Under the pieces are notes generated by a model. That model worked only from the letters and a program-made list of their open reading frames with translations, ran no database searches and had not been told where the DNA came from. A DNA stretch of 64,000 nucleotides, from NCBI GenBank assembly GCA_951812755.1, contig OX638329.1, forward strand, positions 2,982,522-3,046,521, given 5' to 3'. The position numbers were made by a program, and so were the translations under genes. The stretch's first letter is position 1, and each line of letters begins with the position of its first letter. The stretch is from an uncultured Latescibacterota bacterium (lineage in GTDB: Bacteria > Latescibacterota > UBA2968). Shown piece after piece: positions 48,473 to 57,590 of the stretch.

Positions 48473-48479
48473 GAGAGGA

Positions 48480-49109
48480 TTAGCTTTTATGATTGTCGTT
48501 TATTTGCAGTCCGCGCACAAAAATTGTCACGAGATTTTCAATCATGGCGTCATCGCGTTCTGGCATATCGGTTTCATTTCTCGCAACAAAACGGCTGATG
48601 CAGTATTGCAGGAGTGCATGGAAGAAAGAGCGACGCGATGCAATCGGATCAACTGTGTGAAACAGGCCCTGATCGACACCAGTTTGAATAGCCTGGTGAA
48701 TGGATCGCATGTGGGGGTTGCTGTAAATTGCGAAAAATTTTTCTCGAAATTTGTGATCTTCGAGTGCGCTGTACATCATCAGGCGTATGAATATCGGATC
48801 TCTGCGATTGCGATTGACAAATGTCTGAGCAAAGTCGCGCAAGAGGTGTTCGATATTGCGTGGGTCTGGCGGAGGGATTGTGTCTTGATCCCACTGTTCT
48901 GAACGTTTTTCAACTGTGTATGTGATAATGGCGTTGTAAAGGTCTTCTTTAGTCGCAAAGTGTCTGAAGATAATGGCTTCCGAAACGTCTGCCGCACGGG
49001 CAATAGCGCGCGTGGTAGTACCGGTAAATCCTTTGGTCGCGAAAAGCGTCATCGCCACTTCGATAATTTGGGTGCGCCGTTCGGCCTGTGTAAGTCGTTT
49101 TCTGGGCAT
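48480..49109 (-). CDS. TetR/AcrR family transcriptional regulator
   Basis: N-terminal HTH 'TTRAIARAADVSEAIIFRHFATKEDL'. Confidence 0.85.
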   Translation of the reverse strand: MPRKRLTQAERRTQIIEVAMTLFATKGFTGTTTRAIARAADVSEAIIFRHFATKEDLYNAIITYTVEKRSEQWDQDTIPPPDPRNIEHLLRDFAQTFVNRNRRDPIFIRLMMYSALEDHKFREKFFAIYSNPHMRSIHQAIQTGVDQGLFHTVDPIASRRSFFHALLQYCISRFVARNETDMPERDDAMIENLVTIFVRGLQINDNHKS

Positions 49110-49326
49110 GCGCGGACCAGTGTCTTCGGGGTGAAGAATTGAATATAGAAGAAAATATCATCAGGGAGAGAATGGTTGTCAAGTTGAAAAAAAATTGGAA
49201 TTTGGATTGAAGATGCGATATAAAATTCTGCCACTTATTGTACGGGTTTGAGGTCTTGTGCCTGATCGGTGAAGGTATTGCGGCAGCAGTTCAAACGAGG
49301 TTTGGGACAGGATGCATTACTTTTGC

Positions 49327-49353
49327 TTGACACTTTTTGATCAATATGATAAT
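49327..49353 (+). promoter_or_regulatory. putative promoter for the tRNA pair (-35 TTGACA, 15-nt spacer, -10 GATAAT)
   Basis: Hexamers at 49327-49332 and 49348-49353, about 70 nt before tRNA-Arg. Confidence 0.3.
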
Positions 49354-49423
49354 TTTGCTCTCAAATAGGATGTGTCTGGTATCTGTTCAACCCTTGATAG
49401 AATCCTCAAGGGCAGGTTCTTTT

Positions 49424-49497
49424 GCTCCCGTAGCTCAGCTGGATAGAGCAACTGCCTTCTAAGCAGTAGGTCGCAGGTTCGAGCCCTGCCGGGAGTG
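49424..49497 (+). tRNA. tRNA-Arg (anticodon TCT)
   Basis: Hand-folded cloverleaf: acceptor GCTCCCG/CGGGAGT, anticodon loop CTTCTAA, T-loop TTCGAGC. Confidence 0.85.
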
Positions 49498-49512
49498 TTT
49501 TGCGTTTGGTGT

Positions 49513-49590
49513 GGTGGGTGTAGCTCAGTCGGTTAGAGCGCCTGGTTGTGGCCCAGGAGGTCGGGGGTTCAAATCCCCTCACTCACCCCA
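49513..49590 (+). tRNA. tRNA-His (anticodon GTG), with G-1 and encoded CCA
   Basis: Acceptor GTGGGTG/CACTCAC, extra 5' G opposite discriminator C, anticodon loop TTGTGGC, T-loop TTCAAAT, 3' CCA. Confidence 0.85.
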
Positions 49591-49605
49591 CATTTTTTAT
49601 GTCTT

Positions 49606-49651
49606 GGGCTTTTAGCTTCTATATACAAGGGGTTAAAAGCCCTATTTTTTT
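49606..49651 (+). terminator. rho-independent terminator after the tRNA genes
   Basis: Stem GGGCTTTTA/TAAAAGCCC followed by T-run 49644-49651. Confidence 0.45.
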
Positions 49652-49662
49652 AGGATGGATAG

Positions 49663-51021
49663 ATGTTTAATTTTTTTCGACGAGATAAGACCAAATTTAG
49701 CAGAGTCGTTGTTTTGGGCCTGGATGGCATGCCACATAGCCTGTTGCAACGCCTGATTGCCGAGGGGATTATGCCCAATTTTCAGCAGTTGATCGTTCAG
49801 GGGTCACTGATGTCTATGACGTCGGTGGTACCTACGGTATCGTCAACTGCCTGGGCATCGATTGCAACGGGTTGTAACCCGGGCAGACACGGGATTTTTG
49901 GGTTTATTGACCGCGTTCCCCAAACGTATGAGATGTTTATTCCATCTTCAAAAACATTGCGGGGCAAGACGTGGGTTGATCTATTTAGCAGCATGGGACA
50001 GCGGGTTTTTTCTATGGGAGTGCCAACTACTTTCCCCCCGCGCAAAGTCAATGGTATCTTGATTTCGGGATTTTTAGCACCCGATTTGAAACGGGCGACC
50101 TATCCGCCTTCTATTGCGTCTGAACTGGAATCTATGGGGTATTTGATCGATATTGACGCCTGGCAGGCGCGGAAAAACCGCCAGAAATTTCTCGACGAGA
50201 TCTTCTGGGCACTCAACCGACGCGCAGAGGCTATGTTCAAGTATTACGCCCAGGAATCATGGGATTTATTTGTGGCGCATTTTATGGATACCGACCGGTT
50301 GCACCACTTTCTCTGGGGCGATGTGGAACGAGGAGATGTGTCGTACACCGGGTGGTTTAATCGGTTTTACGCGCGCGTAGATGAGATCATTGGGGAGCTG
50401 GTTTTGCGGTTATACAGCGATACGCTACTCATGATTGTGTCGGATCACGGTTTTTGCACCCTGCAGCGCGAGGTGCATTTGAATTTTTGGCTGCAACAGA
50501 TGGGTTTGTTGTCTTTTGCATCGCCTGAACCAAAGCAGTTGAGAGATCTGGATCCCCGAACGCGGTGTTATTCATTGTTGCCCGGGCGATTTTACGTGAA
50601 TCTAAAGGGCAGGGAGCGCGAGGGGTGCGTGCAGGCAGGTGCTGAATACGAGCAGGTCCGGCGAGATGTGGCAGATGCGCTGATGGAAATTCGCGATCCC
50701 GATGGTGGGATACCAGTTATTGATCGCGTGTTGATGCGCGAAGAGGCTTTTATTGGTGATGACCTCGATGCGGCACCCGATCTTATGGCGGTACCTGCAC
50801 AGGGATATGATTTGAAGGGCGGTTTTGAAAAGCGCGTTTTGTTTGAATCCAGCCCGGTGAATGGCACGCATACCTTTGATGATGCACTGTGGTTTGCCAA
50901 TGCGCCTGGTTTGGCGTCTGATGACGCGACGGTGATGGATATTTTGCCTACGATGATGGCTCTGTTGGGGTTGGAAAGCCCTGATGGAGTGGATGGTCAA
51001 GTCGTGAGAGGGGCTTTGTGA
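49663..51021 (+). CDS. alkaline phosphatase-superfamily phosphodiesterase (type I phosphodiesterase / nucleotide pyrophosphatase)
   Basis: 'VVLGLDGMP' N-terminal metal-binding motif; 'MIVSDHGF'. Confidence 0.7.
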   Translation: MFNFFRRDKTKFSRVVVLGLDGMPHSLLQRLIAEGIMPNFQQLIVQGSLMSMTSVVPTVSSTAWASIATGCNPGRHGIFGFIDRVPQTYEMFIPSSKTLRGKTWVDLFSSMGQRVFSMGVPTTFPPRKVNGILISGFLAPDLKRATYPPSIASELESMGYLIDIDAWQARKNRQKFLDEIFWALNRRAEAMFKYYAQESWDLFVAHFMDTDRLHHFLWGDVERGDVSYTGWFNRFYARVDEIIGELVLRLYSDTLLMIVSDHGFCTLQREVHLNFWLQQMGLLSFASPEPKQLRDLDPRTRCYSLLPGRFYVNLKGREREGCVQAGAEYEQVRRDVADALMEIRDPDGGIPVIDRVLMREEAFIGDDLDAAPDLMAVPAQGYDLKGGFEKRVLFESSPVNGTHTFDDALWFANAPGLASDDATVMDILPTMMALLGLESPDGVDGQVVRGAL

Positions 51022-51605
51022 AACGCTTTGTTTTTTGTTGTGCGGTTATCTTGATTTGGGCCGATATACACGCGGACGATCACCACGTTTTGGACACGAG
51101 CAAAGAGGGTATGGAAGCGATTTCTAAAGCTCTGGGGGTAAAATGCCAATATTGCCATCCCTCTGAGACTGAGGCTGGGGAGCGCGATTACAAAGCACCA
51201 TCTCTGTTTAAGAAAACAGCACTTTATATGAAGCATCATTTTGTAGATGGTCTGATTACAACAGCGGGAAAATCGATTGATTGTGCTTTTTGTCACACGG
51301 GCACGGCGCGGTTTGTGGTGCGCGATACGAGTGCAGCCAAACCCTCCCGGTTGGCGGGCATGTCGCGTGGAGAAATTGTGGCGATGATGAAAGGTATGCA
51401 GAAAGCATTGGGTGTGAAGGCATGCGACTATTGCCATGTGAGAAGGCGCGATGGTCGGCTCGATCCGGTTACGCCCACGCCCAATAAGGTTGTTGCACGT
51501 ATGATGATGGAGAAGTTTACGGATCGCTTATTGGATATTAAAACGGGCAAGCCCGCAACTTGTCAGACTTGTCATGATGGGAAAGCGAAGTTTTTAGAGC
51601 GGTAA
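51018..51605 (+). CDS. tetraheme c-type cytochrome, secreted
   Basis: Four CxxCH motifs (CQYCH, CAFCH, CDYCH, CQTCH); signal peptide; GTG start overlaps the upstream stop (GTGA). Confidence 0.6.
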   Translation: MKRFVFCCAVILIWADIHADDHHVLDTSKEGMEAISKALGVKCQYCHPSETEAGERDYKAPSLFKKTALYMKHHFVDGLITTAGKSIDCAFCHTGTARFVVRDTSAAKPSRLAGMSRGEIVAMMKGMQKALGVKACDYCHVRRRDGRLDPVTPTPNKVVARMMMEKFTDRLLDIKTGKPATCQTCHDGKAKFLER

Positions 51606-51656
51606 GAGGTGAGAAGTAAAAGGTGAGCACAGACTCTTTTACGTCTTGTATCTTTA

Positions 51657-51685
51657 GTGTCTTTGTGTCTTTGTGTCTTTGTGTG
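51657..51685. repeat. short tandem repeat (GTGTCTTT)x3
   Basis: Three 8-bp units between the convergent cytochrome and nrdR genes. Confidence 0.5.
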
Positions 51686-51699
51686 AGATATATTACATC

Positions 51700-52152
51700 T
51701 CACCTTTCAAATTGCCGCAGTTCTTTTTCAAAGTCGCTGAGGTCTTTGAATTGGCGGTACACAGAGGCAAAGCGCACGTAGGCAACATCGTCGAGGCGTT
51801 TGAGTTCTGTCATGACGAGTTCGCCAATGTGCTCTTTGGCTTCTATTTCGCGTTCGCCTCTGCTTACGAGTTGATCTTCGATTCGGTCGGCGATTTCCTC
51901 GATCTGAGTTGTTGAGATCGGACGTTTGGTGCAGGAGAGCCGGATTTTGTCTATGAGTTTGTTTTTGTCAAAGATTTCGCGCCGTCCATCGGATTTTATG
52001 ACGGTGAGGGGGGTGTCTTCGATGTATTCGTAGGTTGTAAATCGACGTTCGCATCCCAGGCATTCTCGGCGGCGTCGGATAGCGGTGCCTTCTTTGCTCG
52101 ATCTGGAATCGACCACCTTGTCTTCGATCACGCCACAATAAGGACATTTCAT
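51700..52152 (-). CDS. nrdR: transcriptional repressor NrdR
   Basis: 'MKCPYCG...[12 protein letters not shown]' zinc ribbon plus ATP-cone; start ATG 52152. Confidence 0.9.
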   Translation of the reverse strand: MKCPYCGVIEDKVVDSRSSKEGTAIRRRRECLGCERRFTTYEYIEDTPLTVIKSDGRREIFDKNKLIDKIRLSCTKRPISTTQIEEIADRIEDQLVSRGEREIEAKEHIGELVMTELKRLDDVAYVRFASVYRQFKDLSDFEKELRQFER

Positions 52153-52270
52153 GAGATAGGATTCCTTTCTTAAAATCAACATGATATTGTATGTTGATCA
52201 AATTATAGCACTAAATATAGGGTACTGTCAAGAAGGGAATTGTATATATGTGTTAAAATCAATGGTGCAC

Positions 52271-52315
52271 AAAAAAAAAGGGACCCATCATCTATCCGAT
52301 GCGTCCCTTTTTTGA
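52271..52315 (-). terminator. rho-independent terminator after the 52339..53271 gene
   Basis: Stem AAGGGAC/GTCCCTT with flanking A9 and T6 runs. Confidence 0.5.
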
Positions 52316-52338
52316 TTTTATATGGTGGTTTTTGTGCG

Positions 52339-53271
52339 CTACCTGTGGTAGGAAATGCCCAACGTGAAAGGCATCAGATATGGGGACGAGTTCAACTTAA
52401 AAAATGGCGCATCCACGCGCAATTCGAGTCTCAAGCGGCTTCGAGTGAGTCGCAGAGCTTCTATTCCGAAGACCGCATAAGCACCCAAGCCCGACCTATC
52501 GTCACTTGTATAGCTGGCACCGATTATGGCTAATCCACCGCCCACATAAGGCGAAAAATTCTGGTTGTTAAAGAAGTAACGTCCGCCGATTGACCAGGAG
52601 ATGAATCCAAAGTCCTCGCCCCACTCGTCGCCACCTCCGGTAAACCGCAACTCGGTTCCCACATCATAGTCCGGTACCTCATAAGACCACCCAATCTCCC
52701 AGCCAGGTTTGGCCTTTATGTCTGTGTCTGGGACAAAGGTTCCGAAGATTCCTATATTCCAAAGGGACTCACCGGTTATCTTCCGATGCACAGGGGCATC
52801 CTGTTCGACGACATTTTCCATGTTGACTGTAGAATCAATAGGCTTCTGGTGGATGAGTGCCTCAACCAGTCTGGGAGCGGCAGAGATCATCTCTTCGATA
52901 TTGCCCAGCAAGAGCTGTCGGTCACTTGCGACTGTTCCGACAGGGGTTTCCCAGCTCAAGCGAACCAGAACCTTTTCGCCCAGGCGGCGCAAAACAACGC
53001 GATAGACATTCGCCGAGTGTTGTACCTGGTAAACGGGATCGCCAACCGATATACCCTGTTTTCGCAGTTCATAACACACCAGCATGGTCGCGGTCTGCGC
53101 GTCGGATTCGTGGATGCCCGGATGGTCTCCAATTAAGCAGATAGCACTGGCGGGCACCACACTTTCTCCTTGCATCTGTGCAAAAGCAGGGATCGCAGAT
53201 AAGACAAGGAAAACGAGGGCAAATAAATTGACCCGGGTTATCGTTAGATGGGACATTATATTTCCTTTCAA
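52339..53271 (-). CDS. secreted / outer-membrane hypothetical protein
   Basis: Signal peptide 'LFALVFLVLSAIPAFA'; Gly/aromatic-rich C-terminal half. Confidence 0.4.
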   Translation of the reverse strand: MKGNIMSHLTITRVNLFALVFLVLSAIPAFAQMQGESVVPASAICLIGDHPGIHESDAQTATMLVCYELRKQGISVGDPVYQVQHSANVYRVVLRRLGEKVLVRLSWETPVGTVASDRQLLLGNIEEMISAAPRLVEALIHQKPIDSTVNMENVVEQDAPVHRKITGESLWNIGIFGTFVPDTDIKAKPGWEIGWSYEVPDYDVGTELRFTGGGDEWGEDFGFISWSIGGRYFFNNQNFSPYVGGGLAIIGASYTSDDRSGLGAYAVFGIEALRLTRSRLRLELRVDAPFFKLNSSPYLMPFTLGISYHR

Positions 53272-53283
53272 AACGCCTGCCAG

Positions 53284-54198
53284 TTAGAACGCTTTTCCAA
53301 ATCCGATGGCAAGAGAGAGACCACTAAAATCGCCGGGTGAGCCGAGCGCGTCGGCGAATCGTGCCAGGGTGTAGCGGCCTTCAATGGTGAGGGCGAGTTC
53401 TTTTTTTGCGCCGAAATGGATATTCAGGCCAGAAGCGAGATGGCCGCCCAGGGTGAAGGAGGTACTTGGGAAATCATCGAGGGTAAGAGGCACCGTAAGG
53501 TTGAGGCTGCTGTGTCCATTGCGAACGATTCTGTCTAAACCCAAATTGTTTCCGTAGTATCCCAGTCGATGTGAGCGGTGGTCCAGCCGGATGATGGGGC
53601 CAAAACCAAATCCAATATGGGGATTGATACGCGATGTGGGCGCAAAGTGGCGTTGGAGGCCGATTGGTATGGTTATCAGGGTAATCCGCGTTGTACCTGG
53701 GGGCATAAGGTCTCCCAGAATAGTGCTGGCTCTGGACAGGCTATAGGTGAGAAATTCTGGACTGGCGGTAAAGCGTGTGTGTGGAGATATTTTGTGGTCG
53801 TAATTGATGCGAGAGCCAAAGCCTCCGCTGGCTGTTGAAAAGAAGATTCCGATGTGATTGAGCATTTTCATCGGGTCCGGAAGCGGTGTATATACGGGAG
53901 ATAATCTGGCTGGATTGCCCAGAACTGATTGACCAGGACTACCGAGGATGCAAGGGGCATAGGGGCCGGATGGACTTTTGGGCACTGTAGAGAGCGAATC
54001 GGTCGGGAGTGTAAGGGTGCCTTCGGGGATGTGGATTTTTATTTCGCCCCTGGAGTTGATGTCAATGACACCATTGGTTATTGAACCCGACAATTGAGAT
54101 TTGGATTTTTGGGGTGAGGGTTCAAAGTGTGGTGCAGATGATGCAGTGACGGGCAAGCAGACGAGCGCGGCGAGTAAAAACAGTCGAATATATGACAT
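53284..54198 (-). CDS. outer-membrane beta-barrel hypothetical protein
   Basis: Signal peptide; alternating-strand pattern; C-terminal '...GFGKAF'. Confidence 0.4.
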   Translation of the reverse strand: MSYIRLFLLAALVCLPVTASSAPHFEPSPQKSKSQLSGSITNGVIDINSRGEIKIHIPEGTLTLPTDSLSTVPKSPSGPYAPCILGSPGQSVLGNPARLSPVYTPLPDPMKMLNHIGIFFSTASGGFGSRINYDHKISPHTRFTASPEFLTYSLSRASTILGDLMPPGTTRITLITIPIGLQRHFAPTSRINPHIGFGFGPIIRLDHRSHRLGYYGNNLGLDRIVRNGHSSLNLTVPLTLDDFPSTSFTLGGHLASGLNIHFGAKKELALTIEGRYTLARFADALGSPGDFSGLSLAIGFGKAF

Positions 54199-54489
54199 GG
54201 TAACCTCCTGAAAATGTGTGACCCCGGCTGGATGATCATATATGCAAAATTTGTGCCGTAAATTATTTTTAACAAGAAATAATATAAGTGATTGTTTTTA
54301 TTATATTTTGTATTATATAGTATTTTGTGAGAGAAAAAACAGTATGTGTGTTTTTTCCGCACAGGTGTGGTAAAAGTGATACAGTATTGGTTTTGGAGTA
54401 CATAAATATAGATATTTAAACTTGACCTGCATAGCAGATTTCTGCATGAATAATTTAATTACCTGAACAAAAACCAAAAGGGAAAATAT

Positions 54490-55251
54490 GTGAGCCATAT
54501 ATCGCTGGCATCTGAAAATGAAGCTGTCAAGCGCGCGCTTGAGTCGTCTTATTGTCCCGAGCCGATTAGAGAGGCTCGGCAGATACAAGACGAGATACTC
54601 AGCGAGCGACTTCGGCATGGTCCATACAAAATTGCGGATATTGGGTGTGGTGATGGCTATCACGCCGTGTTATTCGCGCCGCACTGTCTTTTGTATCACG
54701 GCTTTGAAATATCGCCCGCAATGGCTGAGGACGCACGCGCGGTGTGGGAGAAAGAACGCATTGACAACGCACAGATATTTATAGGTGATGCCGCCGAGGC
54801 AGTGGTTGAGGAAGCGTTTTATGATCTTGTTTTCTGTCTGTATTTTACTCCGGGCAATATCAGGGATAAATCAGACGATCTCAGCCTGTACAGCGATGCG
54901 TATCTCGACCGCAATCCGCGGTTTATTCAGACGATTTCTCGTTTTTATCGCGCTCTGAAAATCGGCGGTTCCGCATTTCTCACCATGTATAAGGATGTGC
55001 CAAAAACAGAAGCCGCGCAGGTTGATTTCTACGAGCATACAAGGCAGCGCGTTGTGACGCCTTTGGGGTCGCGATTTGTGGCGACTGCTGAAGGTTTTTG
55101 GTCTGCCAGGTGGACGCAAGACAGTATCGCGTCCAATCTCGGTGCGTGTGGCATCAGGGCAGAGGCTATCGTGTTTCACCACCTGAACGATATTGCGTGG
55201 TTGGTCGAGGTGGTGAAGCATTCTCACTTGGAAAAAGGAGTGTATGCATGA
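54490..55251 (+). CDS. class I SAM-dependent methyltransferase
   Basis: 'IADIGCGDGYH' motif I and downstream acidic motif II. Confidence 0.75.
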   Translation: MSHISLASENEAVKRALESSYCPEPIREARQIQDEILSERLRHGPYKIADIGCGDGYHAVLFAPHCLLYHGFEISPAMAEDARAVWEKERIDNAQIFIGDAAEAVVEEAFYDLVFCLYFTPGNIRDKSDDLSLYSDAYLDRNPRFIQTISRFYRALKIGGSAFLTMYKDVPKTEAAQVDFYEHTRQRVVTPLGSRFVATAEGFWSARWTQDSIASNLGACGIRAEAIVFHHLNDIAWLVEVVKHSHLEKGVYA

Positions 55252-55625
55252 CAGGGCGAGAGCTTTACAATAAAGAAATAGCAGGTGAGAAAATTCGGCG
55301 CTGGCAACGCGAATCGGGTTTACAGGGCCAGGAAATCGCCAAAATGGTTGGGATTAGTGCGCCTTATTTTAGCGATATTCGAAAGGGCAAGCAGCGCGGG
55401 TCAATTCCCGTGTTGGCAAAAATTGCAGATGTGTTGGGCAGAAGTGTCGAAGATTTGTTGACGGATCAAGAAGCTGGCCCGGAAACAATACAGGTCGCCG
55501 AATTGAGGAAAGCGTTGCAGCCGATATTCAAATCAGAAACCGATGATATTATTGAGGGGATTCAACTCTGGCGGAGCGCACCACACAATTTCAAAGCTGC
55601 GTTTAGATCCTTGCTCGATGCCTGA
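55248..55625 (+). CDS. helix-turn-helix (XRE-type) transcriptional regulator
   Basis: 'GLQGQEIAKMVGISAPYFSDIRKGKQ' HTH; ATG 55248 overlaps the methyltransferase stop (ATGA). Confidence 0.6.
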   Translation: MTGRELYNKEIAGEKIRRWQRESGLQGQEIAKMVGISAPYFSDIRKGKQRGSIPVLAKIADVLGRSVEDLLTDQEAGPETIQVAELRKALQPIFKSETDDIIEGIQLWRSAPHNFKAAFRSLLDA

Positions 55626-55644
55626 TGAAGATGAAGAGATAAAA

Positions 55645-55681
55645 TAAAAGGGAACCGAAAACATCGGTTCCCTTATTTTTT

Positions 55682-55682
<1 letters not shown>
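55645..55682. terminator. bidirectional rho-independent terminator
   Basis: Stem GGGAACCGA/TCGGTTCCC with A-run before and T-run after. Confidence 0.5.
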
Positions 55683-55758
<76 letters not shown>

Positions 55759-55813
55759 ACCCTATGTCCAGATAAGCACTAAAAAAGAACAGGATTTTGG
55801 GGTTATTGTCAAG

Positions 55814-57121
55814 CTATTTCTGCGGTTTGTCGTTTTGCCTTTGTATCTCTTCACCGCGTTTTGGCTCATCCTGGGAAGGCTCTCCGCGCTTGGTAATTTT
55901 TACTCGTGTAATGCGCTGTCCTACTACTTCGAGGATTTCAATCAATAGATTGCCGTATTCTAAATTTTCATCTATCTGAGGTACGTGTCCAAGCACGTTG
56001 TATATAAATCCGCCGAACGTTTCGTAACCGTCTTGGGGCAGTTCGACGTTGAGCACGATATTGAGGTCTTCGATGTCAATACGCGCATCTGCGACGAGTA
56101 TTTTGCCCTCTTCACGCCATTCAAAAAGCGGTTCTTCATCGTCGTATTCATCTTGAATTTCGCCGACAATCTCTTCGATAATATCTTCCATAGTAATGAG
56201 GCCAGACGTACCGCCATATTCCCCAACGACAATCGCCATGTGTACTTTTTCGCGCTTAAATTCGGCCATTAGCTCAGCGAGTGTCTTATTTTCTGGCACA
56301 AAGTATGGCGCACGCATGATCTCTGGGATAGACCACGGCTGATTGGTCGCCAGATTGAGCAAAATATCTTTGACATAGACGACGCCTTTGATGTTATCGA
56401 TTCGTTCTTCATGGATGGGGATTCGCGAGTGCCAGGATTGTTGAATTAGCTCGAGAAGCTCTTTGGGCGTGGCCGTTATCTCAGCAGAAATCATGTCTAT
56501 ACGCGGGATCATCACTTCTTTGACAGTTGTTTCATCAAATTCAAAGATGCCCTCGATCATTTCTCTTTCTTCTGCTTCGATCGTGCCTTCTTCTGTTTCC
56601 GATTCGACGATATTTCGCAATTCTTCTTCTTTTAGTGCTCTGCTATCGTCTTCGCTCAAGAAAACAGTTTGCGCTTTTTGCAACAGCAGTGTTGGAAGAA
56701 CAAGAATAAAGTAAAAGGGCAAAAAGCATATCGGCAGAAAGGGCAGCGGGCGGTCTGACCCCTCTTCACTCCGGTAGGGGGGGACGATGCTGCGAATGAT
56801 CAGGGCGATAAATACATAAAGTGCGATGAGCAATGCTGCGCCGGGATACAGCCAGAAACCCGGTTTTAACGTCTGAAAAAGAATGGATAGCAGTGCCAGA
56901 GCTCCTATAGATATGGCGATTGTCTGACCGAACAAAACCATTTGTGACACAAAATCGCGGGAGCGATAGAGCCAGAGGTAGAGTCCTGCGCGTGCTATTT
57001 TTTCTTCGTGCAGGCGTTCGAGGGTTGTGCGCGAAATACCAATTGAGCCGAGCCTGGAGAACGCTGCTGTCAGGACAAGAGAAGCGATGGTTATAAAGAT
57101 TGCTGGCCAAGGATCGTCCAA
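55814..57121 (-). CDS. CNNM/CorC-family protein (DUF21 - CBS pair - CorC_HlyC)
   Basis: N-terminal TM domain, CBS region and CorC-type C-terminal domain. Confidence 0.8.
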   Translation of the reverse strand: MDDPWPAIFITIASLVLTAAFSRLGSIGISRTTLERLHEEKIARAGLYLWLYRSRDFVSQMVLFGQTIAISIGALALLSILFQTLKPGFWLYPGAALLIALYVFIALIIRSIVPPYRSEEGSDRPLPFLPICFLPFYFILVLPTLLLQKAQTVFLSEDDSRALKEEELRNIVESETEEGTIEAEEREMIEGIFEFDETTVKEVMIPRIDMISAEITATPKELLELIQQSWHSRIPIHEERIDNIKGVVYVKDILLNLATNQPWSIPEIMRAPYFVPENKTLAELMAEFKREKVHMAIVVGEYGGTSGLITMEDIIEEIVGEIQDEYDDEEPLFEWREEGKILVADARIDIEDLNIVLNVELPQDGYETFGGFIYNVLGHVPQIDENLEYGNLLIEILEVVGQRITRVKITKRGEPSQDEPKRGEEIQRQNDKPQK

Positions 57122-57164
57122 AAAATCACACTCCTTTCGCGGGAATGATTGTTTGCAGTAAGGG

Positions 57165-57590
57165 TTATCCCATCAGGGTCAGGTATTTTTTTTCTTCGTT
57201 TTGCATTTGCGCGTACCCGTCGGGGGTATCGTGCTCAAATCCCAGCAAATGCAGAGTCCCATGCACTATCAGGTGAGTTATTTCTGCCTGTAGGGACCGG
57301 TTATGCGCTTTTGCTTGCTGTCGTGCGCGATCTACTGAAATGTATATCTCTCCACAATAATGCGCCTCTGGATGGACCGCATCGGAAAGCTCAAATGAAA
57401 GAACGTCGGTCGTTTTGTCTATGTTTCGATATTTTTTGTTGAGCTGTCGAACATGGGCATCATGGGTTAGAATACACGAAACGGGAAGATGCACATCGTT
57501 GTCTAAAAGAAGTTGTTTCACTACAGCTTCTAATTGAGGGATATCCAGATCGCACCCATCAACTAAAGTTGTAATTTCCAGTGTATTCAT
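57165..57590 (-). CDS. ybeY: rRNA maturation RNase YbeY
   Basis: 'HLIVHGTLHLLGFEH' zinc motif; start ATG 57590 overlaps the upstream stop by 4 bp. Confidence 0.85.
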   Translation of the reverse strand: MNTLEITTLVDGCDLDIPQLEAVVKQLLLDNDVHLPVSCILTHDAHVRQLNKKYRNIDKTTDVLSFELSDAVHPEAHYCGEIYISVDRARQQAKAHNRSLQAEITHLIVHGTLHLLGFEHDTPDGYAQMQNEEKKYLTLMG

